A program made the translations under genes and the position numbers. A stretch of 63,533 nucleotides of DNA, filler included, from Reclinomonas americana ATCC 50394 (taxonomy: Eukaryota), in the NCBI GenBank assembly GCA_048213135.1. It is 6 parts of 3 records of this genome, joined end to end, with 100 filler letters (N's around TTAATTAATTAA, not from the genome) between each part and the next. Parts side by side here need not be neighbours in the genome. Positions count along the whole stretch, not along the records: positions 1 to 14,182 come from PS015025.1; 5 more parts are not named here. One strand, 5' to 3'. Below, in pieces: positions 1 through 14,282 of the stretch (the first letter of the stretch is position 1; every line of letters starts with the position of its first letter). Below the pieces are notes generated by a model. The model was not told the DNA's origin. It did no database searches and saw only the letters and a program-made list of their open reading frames with translations.

Positions 1-593
1 TTGCTCGTCGACACCAGCGGCACCGTCGGCGGAATCAGCTCCTACACACGCAGCGGAAAACAGTGAGCAAGAACGCCACCTCCTTTTGCTGCACAAAGCA
101 CACAGCACCTTGAGGGCCGACAAGAACTCCAACGATCCTTGCACGGGCACCGCGTGCACAATGAAATCGACGGCATCGAGTGCATCAGTGGCCGATGTGG
201 TCGCCGAGATGTTGCTCGGCAGCTTCACAGTGTCAAACGAGCGCGGGTTGCGGTTCTCCTCGTTGATGGTCTGACACACACACACACACACGTCATCATC
301 ATCCGCGACAGTCGATGCATCATCATCACTCCTCCTCCTCCTCTCGCACCTTGGCCTGCTCGTCGTGACGCACAAGCATGCGCACGCGGTGTCCGTTGAA
401 TGCCACCGCACAAGCCATGGCAGTGGCGTATGCACCGCCACCAAACACACACACATTGTGCACCACACTGGCAGCAGCAGCTGCTGATGCCGTGCTGTGT
501 GGATCCCCATGAGCGCAAGCGAGTGAGCGGACAGGTGAAGGAGGAGAGAGGAAAGAGGAGAGGAGAGGGGGAGAGCTTGACTTGCCTTGCCAT
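1..593 (-). CDS. gpsA: NAD(P)-dependent glycerol-3-phosphate dehydrogenase, 5' part (runs off the window)
   Basis: Exons 593-586, 494-350, 270-109 and 41-1 splice in frame to MASTAS..VCVFGGGAYATAMACAVAFNGHRVRML..TINEENRNPRSFDTVKLPSNISATTSATDALDAVDFIVHAVPVQ..LVSTS, matching the GpsA Rossmann-fold motifs. Intron 1 is GC-AG. Confidence 0.9.
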
Positions 594-1058
594 CGTGATC
601 AAAGTGCAATCGAAATTGTGTCGCTGATCGCGATCACACGCTCGTCACACTGGCCTCTTGCCACACGACTGGTGTGCCTCAGCGGAGGATCGTGTGTTCC
701 TTTCCATCGCAGCTGCTGAGCAAACTGCTGCCCGAAACTTCATCCATCCGATTCTTCCCTCTTTCACAGTGCACATCACCGCATCCTTCACCCCTCTGCT
801 CCCAGTGCGAGATCCACAACGGCGGCGTCAAGAAACACAGCAGTTCACTCATGCATTCACGAAACGCACCCGCTTGTGTAGGCTGGTTATTGGACTTTGG
901 CCTACAGCGCGCGCGCGCCATTTCGATGGCAAACCCTTCTCGCGCGGGATTTGTGGCAAACCCCAAAATAGTGCATTTCACCCGTTTTTTCTATCTCTCT
1001 CTGAGCGCTGACAACCTCCGTCTCCCTCTCACAACTCTCTCCACCCAACTGAATCGCA
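594..1058. promoter_or_regulatory. Bidirectional promoter between G3PDH and histone H3, with an E2F-like element
   Basis: Divergent ATGs at 593(-) and 1059(+). Contains ATTGG (reverse CCAAT) at ~889, GCGCGCCATTT at 913-923 and TCGCGCGGGATTT at ~940-952. Confidence 0.45.
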
Positions 1059-2113
<1,055 letters not shown>

Positions 2114-2330
2114 ACAACCTAAGCCCCCGCTGCCATTTCCCCCCCTTTGAGTTGTTGTGCACGCTGACGTGCGCACACTCGAAACCCTTCCCAATGGCGT
2201 GTCTACACGCCAAAACACCCCCACTTGGCCTCCAAAAGACCATTTTCTTATGTTCAATCATGATCGTCATCATCATCCTCATCCTCTTCGTCTTGTTCCT
2301 CTCTCTCCTCTCTTGCACAATGTCTCTGTG

Positions 2331-3018
2331 CTACACACATGAGCAAGACCACCTACAACTAACAGCGACCACAAGTGAAGGCACCTTCAACACTCGCGCA
2401 ATGAGCGCCACATCGTCATCACCTCTGTCGTCGTCGTCGTGCTCCACCGATCGTCTCTTCTTCGCTCTTCTCTCTCCCTGTCCGTCTTCCTCCAGTTGCT
2501 CCACCGTCTCTCGGATCACGGCAGCAGCAGAGGACACCACGCATGACTCGGTGAGCTGCGGATTGTCGCGCAGTGCGGCCGATAATCTCCACAGTCGCTG
2601 CCCTCACGACTCAGACAGGAGGAGAGTGGAAGGCGACGACGACGACAATGATCACACCTCTACAGCAGCACGTCGCGCCTTTGCCCGCAACAACTCGCGC
2701 TCCATGCGATGCACCTGCACGCGCAATGCACCGATCTCACCAGAATCTTCTTCTTCTTCCTCCTCCTCGCCACCCGCCTCCTCCTCCACATGCTGCGCCA
2801 CTCGCTGCAGCATGTCGTCACTGAACCGCGCTGCACATGCACGCTCCACGTGCTGGTGCACTGCACCGGACTGATCGTCAGTGTGTGAACAACTGGCCAT
2901 CGAGCGCGCGCACGCAACAGGCGTCCTCTGCGTGTCGCACGTCGCCCGCACTGCCCGTGACATGCTGCAGTGCGTACCGCTGCAGAAGCACGCGACGGGC
3001 CTCGCACAGCGCGTCCAT
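2331..3018 (-). CDS. Hypothetical small acidic/coiled-coil protein
   Basis: Exons 3018-2919, 2860-2658 and 2597-~2331 splice in frame (MDALCEARRVLLQRY...EEEAGGEEEEEEEDSGEIGALRVQVHRMERELLRAKARR). The 3' end is uncertain. Confidence 0.55.
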
Positions 3019-3106
3019 GGAAAGCAAGAGCGAGCATTATTGTCACACACACTTCTTTTGTGGCTGCGTGACACGCGTGCACACACACGCACACACACGA
3101 GTGGTC

Positions 3107-6100
3107 ATGGAGGGCGACTACTCCGACCTGGTGTTGCCAGTCGCGCCACTGGTGGCGCTCTTTGGCAAGCCAGGCCTGAGTTCGAGTGTGGCCATGGCGC
3201 TCTCCTCCTACGCACACCCGGCCTCTGCAGCTGCTGGCGCCTCCTCGTCGCCACAGCTAATGGTCTCAGGCAGTGGCCTCATGTCGTCCTCCTCAGTGTC
3301 ACTGATGAGTGCGGCACACACGGCGTCGGAGGCACTGGATGCGGCCTCGTCTTCGTCGTCCTCTGCCACTGCAGCCTCGTCGTCGTCGTCGCTGCTGGCG
3401 CGACCACCGCGCTTCTATTTTCGCTCGCTGGAGGTGTCAGATACTCTGCCGTACAGAAAGGAGGTGATTTTTGATTGACGATTCTCAAACACAACACTCG
3501 CTAACACTCCCACCCGCACACTCGTGCACACTCGCAGCCGAAGCGCGTGTATGAGGCACCGTTGCATGGACGCGGCATTCTCAAGCGCGGCTGGTTGAGA
3601 AAACGACTGGTGAGAGCGTGGCATTGACTCGCTTGTGTGTGTGTGTCAGATGACTGATCACACTTGCTGTCGCACCAGCAACTGGAGCCGGCGGTGATTG
3701 CCGTGGTCACCGACGTGGACCGCAACTCATTTGTGCCGCGTGAGGCCGAGCTCGTGCAGCATGTGAGCACGCTGAAGGCGCGGCATGCCAATCGACCCAA
3801 CTTGCTGCTGTGCGTGGTGTTTGTGTACACGGGCGAGTTTGCCGACATCAAGACGTACGTCAATGCGTTCCGTCGCAAGGTCTGTGTCGCCCCCTCCCCC
3901 TACCGTTGCGTGAGCNNNNNNNNNNNNNNNNNNNNNNNNNNNNNNNNNNNNNNNNNNNNNNNNNNNNNNNNNNNNNNNNNNNNNNNNNNNNNNNNNNNNN
4001 NNNNNNNNNNNNNNNNNNNNNNNNNNNNNNNNNNNNNNNNNNNNNNNNNNNNNNNNNNNNNNNNNNNNNNNNNNNNNNNNNNNNNNNNNNNNNNNNNNNN
4101 NNNNNNNNNNNNNNNNNNNNNNNNNNNNNNNNNNNNNNNNNNNNNNNNNNNNNNNNNNNNNNNNNNNNNNNNNNNNNNNNNNNNNNNNNNNNNNNNNNNN
4201 NNNNNNNNNNNNNNNNNNNNNNNNNNNNNNNNNNNNNNNNNNNNNNNNNNNNNNNNNNNNNNNNNNNNNNNNNNNNNNNNNNNNNNNNNNNNNNNNNNNN
4301 NNNNNNNNNNNNNNNNNNNNNNNNNNNNNNNNNNNNNNNNNNNNNNNNNNNNNNNNNNNNNNNNNNNNNNNNNNNNNNNNNNNNNNNNNNNNNNNNNNNN
4401 NNNNNNNNNNNNNNNNNNNNNNNNNNNNNNNNNNNNNNNNNNNNNNNNNNNNNNNNNNNNNNNNNCCTGCCCATTGCGCGCCAGACACGTCCACAGCTTG
4501 AAGGCGATCCACTCGGAGCACGAGGCCACCTCCAACACGGGATAGCGCTGCTCGGTGGCCATCTGCTTCACAAAGTCATAGGCGTACGTGTAGTTCTTGA
4601 TGGCCGTCTGCAGGTCCATGCGCAGCTCGGCGAGGAAACCCATTTTGAAGCGATGCCTTGTGAGCACGTTGTTGAGACGCGCCTTGGTGAGGTCGCTTCT
4701 GAACTTCTTCAGGCGCTTCGTCTCGTTCTTCGAGTACGACGTCACCGCGTCGGTGAAGGCGCGATCCAGCTTGCGCAGCTCATTGGGATCCGACGCGTCC
4801 AGTCGAAGCCACACGCAGCGCTCCTTGGCCAAGTCGACCTGCACGCGTCGACGCATGTGACACACCACNNNNNNNNNNNNNNNNNNNNTGCGTGTGGAGG
4901 TAGAGCGAAGACAACTGTGTGTGAGTGCGTTTTCCAACCATCTTTTCCCCCACTTCATTGCGCAGGTGGAGCAAGCGCTGAACTTGTTCCGTTCGCAAAT
5001 GCGTTGGTACAAGACGCTGGTGTTCCCGCGACCGCTGCGATTTGTGCAATTGTCGCGCATTGCTTCGCAGTACGAGCTGATGAATCGCACCATCCTCTCG
5101 CTGCCGAAGCAAGCCCGCATCTCGTACGATCGGTATCAGCAGAGTGTGTTTTACTTGCAGGTGAGATTGAGATGGGGAGTGAGGAGGTTGCTGTTGTTGC
5201 GACGTGTTGGCTAACTCGTGCGCTCGCCTCCAGGCCATTGCCAACTACCGCCGCAAGCACCGTGACGAGTTCATGCAGCTGGAGCGCGACTACCACGCTA
5301 GCCTGTCGTACTACATTGCCAGCAGTTCGCCGTACCACGCCTGCGAGGTCAAGGTCGGCATCTACACCGGCCAGTACTTTATCGTGTCGAACGACCCACT
5401 CTCGCTCCGTTGCGTCCATTGGGGAAAATATTTCTCGTGTGTGTGCTGCGTCTGTCGTCCGAGCTGAACCGTCGATGCGTTGTGCAGGCGATGAGCCGTT
5501 CTCGGTGGCCGTCAACGACCACATGCATGTGCTGCTGAATCACATGCTGGAAATGGATTTCTCCCAGCGCGTGCTGCGCGCTCTGAACGACGCCTACGAG
5601 GCACTAAAGGCGCGCACCACTGGACGAGTGCTGTACAGCATTGCATGCGGAGTGGCGGATGAGCACTTTCTGAAGGGCAATTTTGCCGAGGCCAAGACGT
5701 TGCGTGACATTCTTTGGTTTCGCCCAGCTGCTCCTCCTCGTGTTTGCTGAATTTTTTCGTCGCTTGCACAGTCTGTACGACCAAGTGGTTCCGCTGTACA
5801 GACGAGAGAAATTCTTCTCGATTCTGCGCCGACTGTTGCTGCGTGTGAAGCGATGTACCGAGGTGCTGGAGGAGCCGCAAGATTATCTCGCCACGTTGTT
5901 GGATCTCGTCAGCGACAGTTGCGTCTGTTGACTGTGCGTTGTTGTCGCGGCGGCGCGCAGAGTGGACTGACATGCACTCTTGCTCTTGTCGTGACAGCCG
6001 AGTTGGCGGATGGTGACGAGCGTCTGCGCTATTTGAACGAGTTGTTGCAGGCGGTGCGTGACGAGAGAAAGAGAGAGAGAGAGGAGAGAGTGAGGAATGT

Positions 6101-9100
6101 GTGGTGGATCGCTGATCGGGTTTTGGTGTATATGTATGTGTGTGCCACAGACGGACGAGATCCCACAAGTGCCGCGCTACTTGCCGCCGTTTGTGGCCGT
6201 GAATCACATCAAGGCATTCGACATGTCGCATGGCTTCGGTTTCGGTATGCTGATTGCCGTTCTCTCTTTGTTGTTTACCACGCTCTCACACTCTCCTCCA
6301 CCGTACAGTGGACTGCCTGTTCGGTTTCGACCGCTCCTCGTTGTACATTGAGCAGTCGACATCGTTCCGCGTGATGCTGCGTGTCCGTGCACCCACCGAG
6401 GTGTTCTTCTCCAAGCTGCAGGTGCGCTGCGCGTCACAGCCTCCACTCGCTTCGCTTGTATCATTTTCGGGCTCAATCGCGGGAGTCGCACGCAGATCTT
6501 CTTCACCTTTGACGAGTACAACCTGACGCTCACCGACTCCAAGCGACTGCAAGTGGAGCGCTCATACAAGCGGAGCGCTGCAGCGTCGCCAGTGCAGAGC
6601 GTCGTGCTGCCACTCCCGGCCGACGGCAGCGGTGCGACTTTGCATTTCTCCTTTGTTCGTCATCCTTCTCGCTTATCATTGCCTCATCTGCGCATTGGTG
6701 CTCACGCCTGCAGCGCCCACCTCGCCGCTGGAGCAACCGGCGTCAGAGCCATCCGACATGCATCTGTCGGCGCTGGCGCTCGAGTCGATGGACATGGACG
6801 ACACGCAGGAAGTCGATCTCACCGAAGAGGCCGAGAACGACACCGAGCTGGTGGAGCATTCCATGCTGACCGATGTTGCCGCCGCCACCGCCGCCGCCGC
6901 AGCCGCAACAGCTGCAGGAGCGGGCTCGGCTGTGGTGGCTGCTGGCGAGGCGCCGATCATTGAGCTCACCGAGGGCAACACATTCGAACCGGAGCCGTAT
7001 GTTGGCGAGGACAGTGCGCTTCGCCGGCGATCGCGTGGTAACAGTGTGCGTGCCGACTTGCTCGATGCCGCCATGCATGCCAGCCACCAGGAGGCATTGC
7101 TGTCGTCTGGCGACACCGAGTCGTACTCGTCACCTCTGGTGGCCACTCCGTCTCCACGTGCGTTCATTCGCCCCGACGCGCTGACCGCTTGTCAAAATTG
7201 TTGCGCTCATCTCATGCATCTCATTTGTGTGGCAGATCCTTTTGTGGGAGCTGTGGGACAATCGGCGTCCGAGGCCACACTCACTGCCTCGTCCACCGCA
7301 ACGACTCCTGCAACGTCGAGTGCCCCGATGATCGTGCCGACATTGTCGGTGAATGGTGCGGGAGACATCGATGTGAAGATGCACGTGCACGGCCGTGCGC
7401 CGCACAGCTTCGACAGCGAGTCCGAGTACCAGTCAAGTGATGCCGCACACAGCGTGGACTCTTCCGAGGTAAGCCAGCTGCAGCAGCATGGTCGACCCTT
7501 GTATTGCGAAGCTCACACATGACTCAGGCGGGGGCTCTGGACACGACCGGTGCGTCGTTTGACGGTGCCGAAGACTTCCCTGTTGGTGCGCAGTCACCGA
7601 CAGGGTCAGCGGCGCATGCAACGCCTGCACGTGCAGCGTCGGGCATGTCCAATGCTGTGGATTTCCCACTCTCCGCCACGCCACCGCGCTCCGATCCGCT
7701 GGCCTCGAGCGAAGATTTCCCACTGTCGCTCAGTCCTCCGGCTGCTGCTGCTGCACCGGTGGCCGCCGCCCGCGGTCTGTCGTCACCCATGGCGGATGCC
7801 GAAGATTTCCCCCTGTCGAGCACGCCGCCCAAGTCGGCCGCGCCAACGGTGACGGTGGCTCCTGCGCCCGCCAATGCTCCAGCCGCACAAGCTGTCGCAG
7901 CGCGCAACAGCGATTCCAGTCACTTGGCAGCCACGGCATCTGCCGCACCAGTGGATGGTGTGTGTGCTTCCATGTGGTGATACGTCTGTTGTGCCGACAG
8001 CCGCGCTGATTCTGTTGTTTCGCTTGGGGGTGCAGATGACGGTGCGATGGAGGTGCCGGAGGACGAGTTGATGCTGAGACCCGGCGAAATCAAGTCATTC
8101 GTCTTTCCGTTCACCTCGCATAGCGTTCGCACTGTGCAGGTCCGTGTGCGCCTCATTTGCGCTGGGAGAGTGAGTGTGTCTGTCCTTAACAATGGATCTT
8201 CACTGCAGTGCTTTGGTGTGGTTCTCGAGCTCGGCACCGATCCGATGCACGCCTTGCGTCTGCAGTGGTCGTCACCGAATCCAGTGTTCCAGGCCCACGA
8301 AATCAAAAAGGCCGCCGGGTCAGTGAAATGTCAGTCGTTCGCATCAAGCCGTCGCAGTCGCTCACGTTGCTCGCTTTGCTGTGCAGTCTCTTGCGGTTCT
8401 CTCAGCGCATTCGGTGAGTGTTTCATCCTGTTTGTTGGTGTCGATATTCGTGTCACTGACCGCATGAGTGTAGTGTCTTGCCGCCGGTGGCCCAAGCATC
8501 GCTGTCGGTGCACAACTACCCGCCTGTTCTCGTCAACGAGCTGTGCCAAATGGGTTGGTGCCCCACTTCTCCAGCAATAATGCTCTTCTGGTTCCTGATC
8601 GGTGCACGATTCTCGCGCAGTGCTGGTCATCGAGTCAAACGAGGATGACATTGTGCGCGGCGAGGTGACCATTTCGGCCAGTCCCGAGGTGGAGGTGTTT
8701 GACTCGGACTCGCCATCGGCGCCACCGCACAAGGTGATTGCCATTGGCGACATTCGTCCACGCACTCGACTGCAGCGCTCGTTCTGGGTGCGCGCCAGCC
8801 GCTCGGAGAATCACACGCTGGAGATTGACGTGCGTGCATCTGCGAGTGCGCGTGCCCTATTACAGCTGTTCATGATGGGGGTTCTTGTTGCAGTTTGTGT
8901 ACTCCACCAAGCTGTTCGAGAACTTGCGCGTGCGCGCCACACAGCGCGTGCTTGTGGATGTGCCATTTGAGGTTGGCTTTGTGTGCTCTCAGGCGAACTC
9001 CACGGCCGATCGACAATCGCGTGTGCCCGAGAAGTCCGACTATGGTGCGTCTCTCTCTCTGTGGGGAGATGATCTGCTCTCCTGGTTTCTGTCATGATCT

Positions 9101-9918
9101 TGACCTCCCGCACACAGAGTCGACCGTGTACGACCGCAGCCGCCCGCTCATGCTGTTTGTCAAGCTGCGCAATCGCATGCTGTACGGCGTGAGTGTGACG
9201 CACGTCGGTGTGCAACAAGTATCCGGGGCCACCACCACTCCCGTGGCCGTGTTGCCGGGTGGCCGCTCTCTACGTTTCGTGTCTATATATTTTTGATTCG
9301 ATGACATTCGCACGTCACGTCTGACTTATGTGAATGACAGTGGTTCGACCTGATGATTGCGCATCCATGACGCTGGTGGTCGACTGCTCGCAGTCGGCTG
9401 AGGCCCTGCAGCGACTTGGCTCGCTGGTGTTGAAGTGCCAACGGTGACTTTACTTCGTGACAGAGAGCGTGTGTTTCGGCAGCTGAATCTGTTTTGTAGT
9501 GCGCCCGATGGTGTTGCACACCCATCGACTCAATCCGAGGATCAGACTGGTGAGGGTTGGACGGAGTGTGGATCCTGTCTCTCTCTTTCTCTTTCTCTCT
9601 CTCTCTCTCTCTCTCACCTGTCTGCCTGGCAACTGCAGTCGATGACGGCGAGCCGTTCACGTACTCGGTGGAGCTGCCGACAGTGCACCTCGAGCGACCA
9701 ACGATTCACGTTGCACTAGGTTCGTACGTGTGCTTGTGTCTTTATGTGTGTATGTGGACCACATGCTGACCGGCGGCGGCACAGATCACCCGAGCGAGCT
9801 GTACGTGGGACAACCGTTCAAGCTCAGCGTGCGTGTCGACAACGACATTGACGAGCCGTCATGGCTGGTGCTCGATGTCGATGCCAGCACCTTCTTCCTG
9901 GTCTCCGGCACCAAGCGG
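3107..9918 (+). CDS. TRAPPC11: Trafficking protein particle complex subunit 11, main body (~20 exons)
   Basis: PLVALFG and GILKRGWLRKRLQLEPAVIAV match the TRAPPC11 N-terminus. One exon (4466-4868 contig) and the last exons (11489-11850) lie on mis-oriented contigs. Long Ser/Ala/Pro-rich insert at ~6700-8000. Confidence 0.88.
4467..4838 (-). CDS. TRAPPC11: TRAPPC11 internal exon on an inverted contig
   Basis: Encodes TRHRFKMGFLAELRMDLQTAIKNYTYAY, the TRAPPC11 RHxFKxxFxxE motif. Flipping the contig creates the donor CAG|gtgcgt with base 4889. Confidence 0.88.
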
Positions 9919-10124
9919 GTACGTGTGGCATGTGGCATCACGAATGTCTCGGATTTTCTCACGAACNNNNNNNNNNNNNNNNNNNNNNNNNNNNNNNNNN
10001 NNNNNNNNNNNNNNNNNNNNNNNNNNNNNNNNNNNNNNNNNNNNNNNNNNNNNNNNNNNNNNNNNNNNNNNNNNNNNNNNNNNNNNNCCTTTATGCCATC
10101 CCGCTGACCTTTTCTCTCACGCAG

Positions 10125-11450
10125 GACGCCGATGTGGAGTCGACTCGAAGGTCCAGAAGGGGCAAGGGCAAGCCGAACTATGTGTTGGAGGCGCGTGCAC
10201 TAAAGGCAGCTGCCATCAAGGCTTCGCGGCAAGAGGAGGAGTTGGAGGTGGAAGCCGACGAGTCCGATGACTCTCTGAGCAGTGTCGCCTCGGATGGTGC
10301 GTCTCTCGTGTGATTGACGCAACTCGCATGTGGCGCTCATTGTTGCGGGTGACAGATTTCATGCCATTTGATGTCAAGGCCGCCACCAAGGCCAAGATTG
10401 CCCGCCGGTTATCCAAGGAGTCGGCGGAAGCGGCCAAGGAGGAGGAGAAGAAGAAGAAGAAGGAGAAGACGAAGAAGGCGACCGTTGTCAATGGCAAGGG
10501 CAAGCAGGCTGTGGCGGAGGAAGATGCGGAGGAAGACGAGGATGAAGATGAGCACGAGGTGGAGGACGAGGAGGACGACGAAGACGCCGAGATGGACGCT
10601 GAATTCAAAGATGATGATGACGACGACGACCAGTTTGACGATGAGGAAGGCGAAGATGAGGAAGAGGAAGACGAGGAGATGGCAGCCGGGGACGATGGCG
10701 AAGACCATGGCGATACCGTTAGCAACGGTGCCAGTGCTGCCTCGGAGGGTGTTCGGGTGCGTGCTACTCGACCCTGTTGCCGAGTGAATCACTTGATGCT
10801 CACCCCTCGTCCTCCACAGCTGTTGACACCTCGCGATTTTGCTCTCCTCAAGAGGCTACGACTCCGCCGCGATATGGAACGCGTGGGTGGCAAGCGTGGC
10901 AACAGCGAGATCGAGGGAGAGGGCGCCTCCTTGTCGACGTGCGTCTCGCTTTGGTATTCTTTGCATTTGTCGTCGGAGTACTGACTTGTGTGACACGGAG
11001 CAGTTTCTCACGAGGAACGGAGACCGTGAACCCCGATTCGCTGGAGACGGCTGCCAAGCGACGAAAGACTAAGGAGGAACGCATGGCTCTGCTGGCAGTT
11101 TCGTTACCTTGCATGGTCCTTCCTCTACGTGTTTTTTTCTCATGTGATTTGGTGGTCACAGGAATCCCGCGAAGGCCGCGAGAGCTACGGCTCCAAGAAG
11201 CGATGGCGCGTGCGTGGCAGCTTGACCAACAAGGAAAAGGTCAAGAACAAGCCCTTCATGCAGCTGCGCAACAGCCGCACCGTGCGCGCCAAGCTGCGCA
11301 TGTCTATCGGCGAACGTGCGGTGCGTGTGTTCTTTGCAAAGGCTTCTTGCACTTTTGTCTCCCATCTTTCTCACTCTCGCGTTCAACATGCAGGCCAAGC
11401 GTGTCGAGAGCGAGCGCAAGCAGTCCAAGTTCCAGCAGAAAGTCAAGTAA
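10125..11450 (+). CDS. SDA1: SDA1 (ribosome biogenesis), C-terminal exons on an inverted contig
   Basis: Acidic tract followed by LLTPRDFALLKRLR, KRRKTKEERMA and GSLTNKEKVKNKPFMQLR, the SDA1 C-terminal motifs. Stop at 11448-11450. Confidence 0.88.
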
Positions 11451-11488
11451 TGATGGTAAAAACGAGTGCGATTCGATGGGCGGATTTA

Positions 11489-11822
11489 TCATTGACGGTG
11501 ACCGATCTCGGCATCGGGCTGTGCGGGGAACACAAAGACGGCACGCTTGCCACCGAGAGCGCGTGCAGAGCTGAATACTGGGAACAGAGTGCCAGCATTG
11601 GCGGCCACGGTCTCTGTCTCACAAGAACGAGAGATGAAATGAGAAGTGGATGAGCCAACAAACGAGAGCGAGTGCACGCAACTCGGCGATCCCGGCAGCG
11701 GTGGTGTGACGTGTGAGCGCACAAACACCGTCACCGCCGGCAGCTGGCAAAAGCCTGGTACGATCGGAATGAGCGTGAGCGTCTGCGTGCAGCTGGACAT
11801 GGGGACCATGTGCCAGCGACGC
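11489..11822 (-). CDS. TRAPPC11: TRAPPC11 terminal exons on an inverted contig
   Basis: TLTLIPIVPGFCQLPAVTV...AVFVFP is a typical TRAPPC11 C-terminus and follows FLVSGTKR|gt at 9918 once contig 10088-11850 is flipped. Confidence 0.75.
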
Positions 11823-12201
11823 TGCGGGGGAGGAATCGAAAAAAGGCAAANNNNNNNNNNNNNNNNNNNNNNNNNNNNNNNNNNNNNNNNNNNNNNNNNN
11901 NNNNNNNNNNNNNNNNNNNNNNNNNNNNNNNNNNNNNNNNNNNNNNNNNNNNNNNNNNNNNNNNNNNNNNNNNNNNNNNNNNNNNNNNNNNNNNNNNNNN
12001 NNNNNNNNNNNNNNNNNNNNNNNNNNNNNNNNNNNNNNNNNNNNNNNNNNNNNNNNNNNNNNNNNNNNNNNNNNNNNNNNNNNNNNNNNNNNNNNNNNNN
12101 NNNNNNNNNNNNNNNNNNNNNNNNNNNNNNNNNNNNNNNNNNNNNNNNNNNNNNNNNNNNNNNNNNNNCACACTCAAGTCTTGCAACAGCAATCAACGCA
12201 C

Positions 12202-14150
12202 ATCATCCGAGTGAACAACGTCCACCCAGCCTTCATCCTCCTCATCACCGTCCATGTCCTCATCCGAGAACCCATCAGCATCGTCGCCATCATGCATACC
12301 GTGCTCTGTGTAGAATACCAGTCAGTCAGTGAGAGCGTGAGGTAAACTTCTCTGCTCCACTGCATACGCACCAGCCTTGTACTTCTCCAGCAGTTGAATG
12401 TCGTCCAGCAGCGACGAGCTTGCCTGTGCAGTGGAGCCGTACACTGGCTGCTTCTCGAGATCAACATCACGTCCCTGTCCGCACAAAATCGTCAGCGAAA
12501 AGGCACCGGTGGAAAACGAGACCTGGTGGTCGACACGCACCCGATCTTTGCGTTGCAAAAGTGACGGATTGACGGTGCGGAAGAGCTGCAGCAACGACCT
12601 CGCCGCCATCACCACGCCTTTGTTCTTGTAGTTGCGGTAGCCGACGAGATCTTGCAGCAGCACGGCCTCCATGACCAAGGGCTGGCGGGCGGAGATTTCA
12701 CGAATCGTATTCAACCTGCTCCACAGTCAGTTCTCTGCACAGCGCACGCACAACGCTGTCCCATGCACAATTGACAAACCCCAATGCAATGACTTCGGGC
12801 ATGTTGCGGTCCACGACAAACTGGTTGGCAATCGTTTGCACCAACGGTAGCAGCGTGTCGGAGGGCACCAGCGAGTGCGTGGCCTGCACGGTGCACGCCA
12901 TCAACTTGGTGACATCTGCGCGTGGAGTGAGGGAGAGCGGCAAACTATAAACGCACACACAGACACGCACGCAACGTTCTTGTGACGGCGAGAGGTACTT
13001 TTGCAGGGTGGAATAGAACGGCAAGAGGATCAACTCGTGGCTGCCAATGAGACGCGAGATCAGATCCAGGTACAGCAGGCGCACTTCGAAGCCGTCTTTG
13101 CTGCTCTTCAGGCGACCAAACAGCTTCTCCGCAAACTCTGTGTGTGTGTGCGTACAGTGAGCAGTGCGCGAGTCACACAAGAACTCGGTGCAGGCACGCG
13201 ACGAAACTCTGCGGATCATGCAGCAGCTGGATGGCCGACTGATTCACCGTCGGAGCCTTGACCTGGCGAGCACGGCGCTTGACCTGTCATGCAGAAAAAA
13301 ACTTTGAATCACACGCGACAAGCTACCTTTCTCTCTCTCTTTCTCTCCACACCACACAAACACACCTGCCCCATGGCACGCCGCAGCCGCGACTCCTTCT
13401 TACGCGTCATCTTCGAGCCGACACTGAACGAGCGCATCACATCGGCAATGGCCGCGCCGCTGTTGACCTTGCTCGGCTCATCATCGTCGTCATCATCGCT
13501 GCCGTCGTGCTCCTTGTGCTGCGCGGCCGCATCGGACGAGCCGAGGAAGAAGTGCAGCGCAGCCACCGTCACACGCGCATGCGCCGAGAAGCACGCATCG
13601 CTAATGACCGCCACCGATCGCTCATCACACCACACTTGCCGCTTCCACAGCTCCAACACGATGCGCAGGCACGTGTGCGCCTGCTGCGGATGATCCTCCT
13701 CCATCACTCGGAAAAACGGGGCTTGCAGCGCGCGGTTCAGTCGCGTGTCTTTCGAGTGGTGATTGATGCGGCTAATGTCGCTGACAATGTGCGCGTGCAC
13801 CTGCTTGCGCACGTTCTTGTCGCTGAGCTTGAACAGCGGCAGAATGACTGGCGTGCGCACGTGAGACTAGAAAGAGAAATGAGAGAGAGGCCTGGGGAGC
13901 ACGAAACTCGGCAGGATCGTCTCCAGACTCATCATCTTGCGATTGCGCAGCATGAGGAGGTTGGTGACCACAGCGCGGCGTGTTGAGCCACACATCAAGT
14001 CGGCCTTGTCTGTCAGCAGCTTGTACAGCTGAGGCCGAGAATGATGAGTCCATGAGTGAAGAGAGAGAGAGAGAGAGAGAGAGCGAGACAAGTGCGCACC
14101 ATCTCTGGCAACTTGGCGGCCCACTCGTGCTTCTGAAAGTGCGGCGCCAT
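12202..14150 (-). CDS. SDA1: SDA1, N-terminal and central exons (5' end lost in the gap)
   Basis: LRNRKMM, LELWKRQVWCDERSVAVI, AIQLLHDPQKFAEKLF, LNTIREISARQPLVM and [31 protein letters not shown] are hallmark SDA1 motifs. Confidence 0.92.
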
Positions 14151-14226
14151 CTGTTCCCCACAAAAGAGAGTGTGAGTGAGTGNNNNNNNNNNNNNNNNNN
14201 NNNNNNNNNNNNNNNNNNNNNNNNNN

Positions 14227-14238
14227 TTAATTAATTAA
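14227..14238. other. Artificial scaffold linker TTAATTAATTAA (also at 22484, 43841, 54807, 61526)
   Basis: Six-frame-stop palindrome flanked by ~44 N at five places. Confidence 0.97.
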
Positions 14239-14282
14239 NNNNNNNNNNNNNNNNNNNNNNNNNNNNNNNNNNNNNNNNNNNN

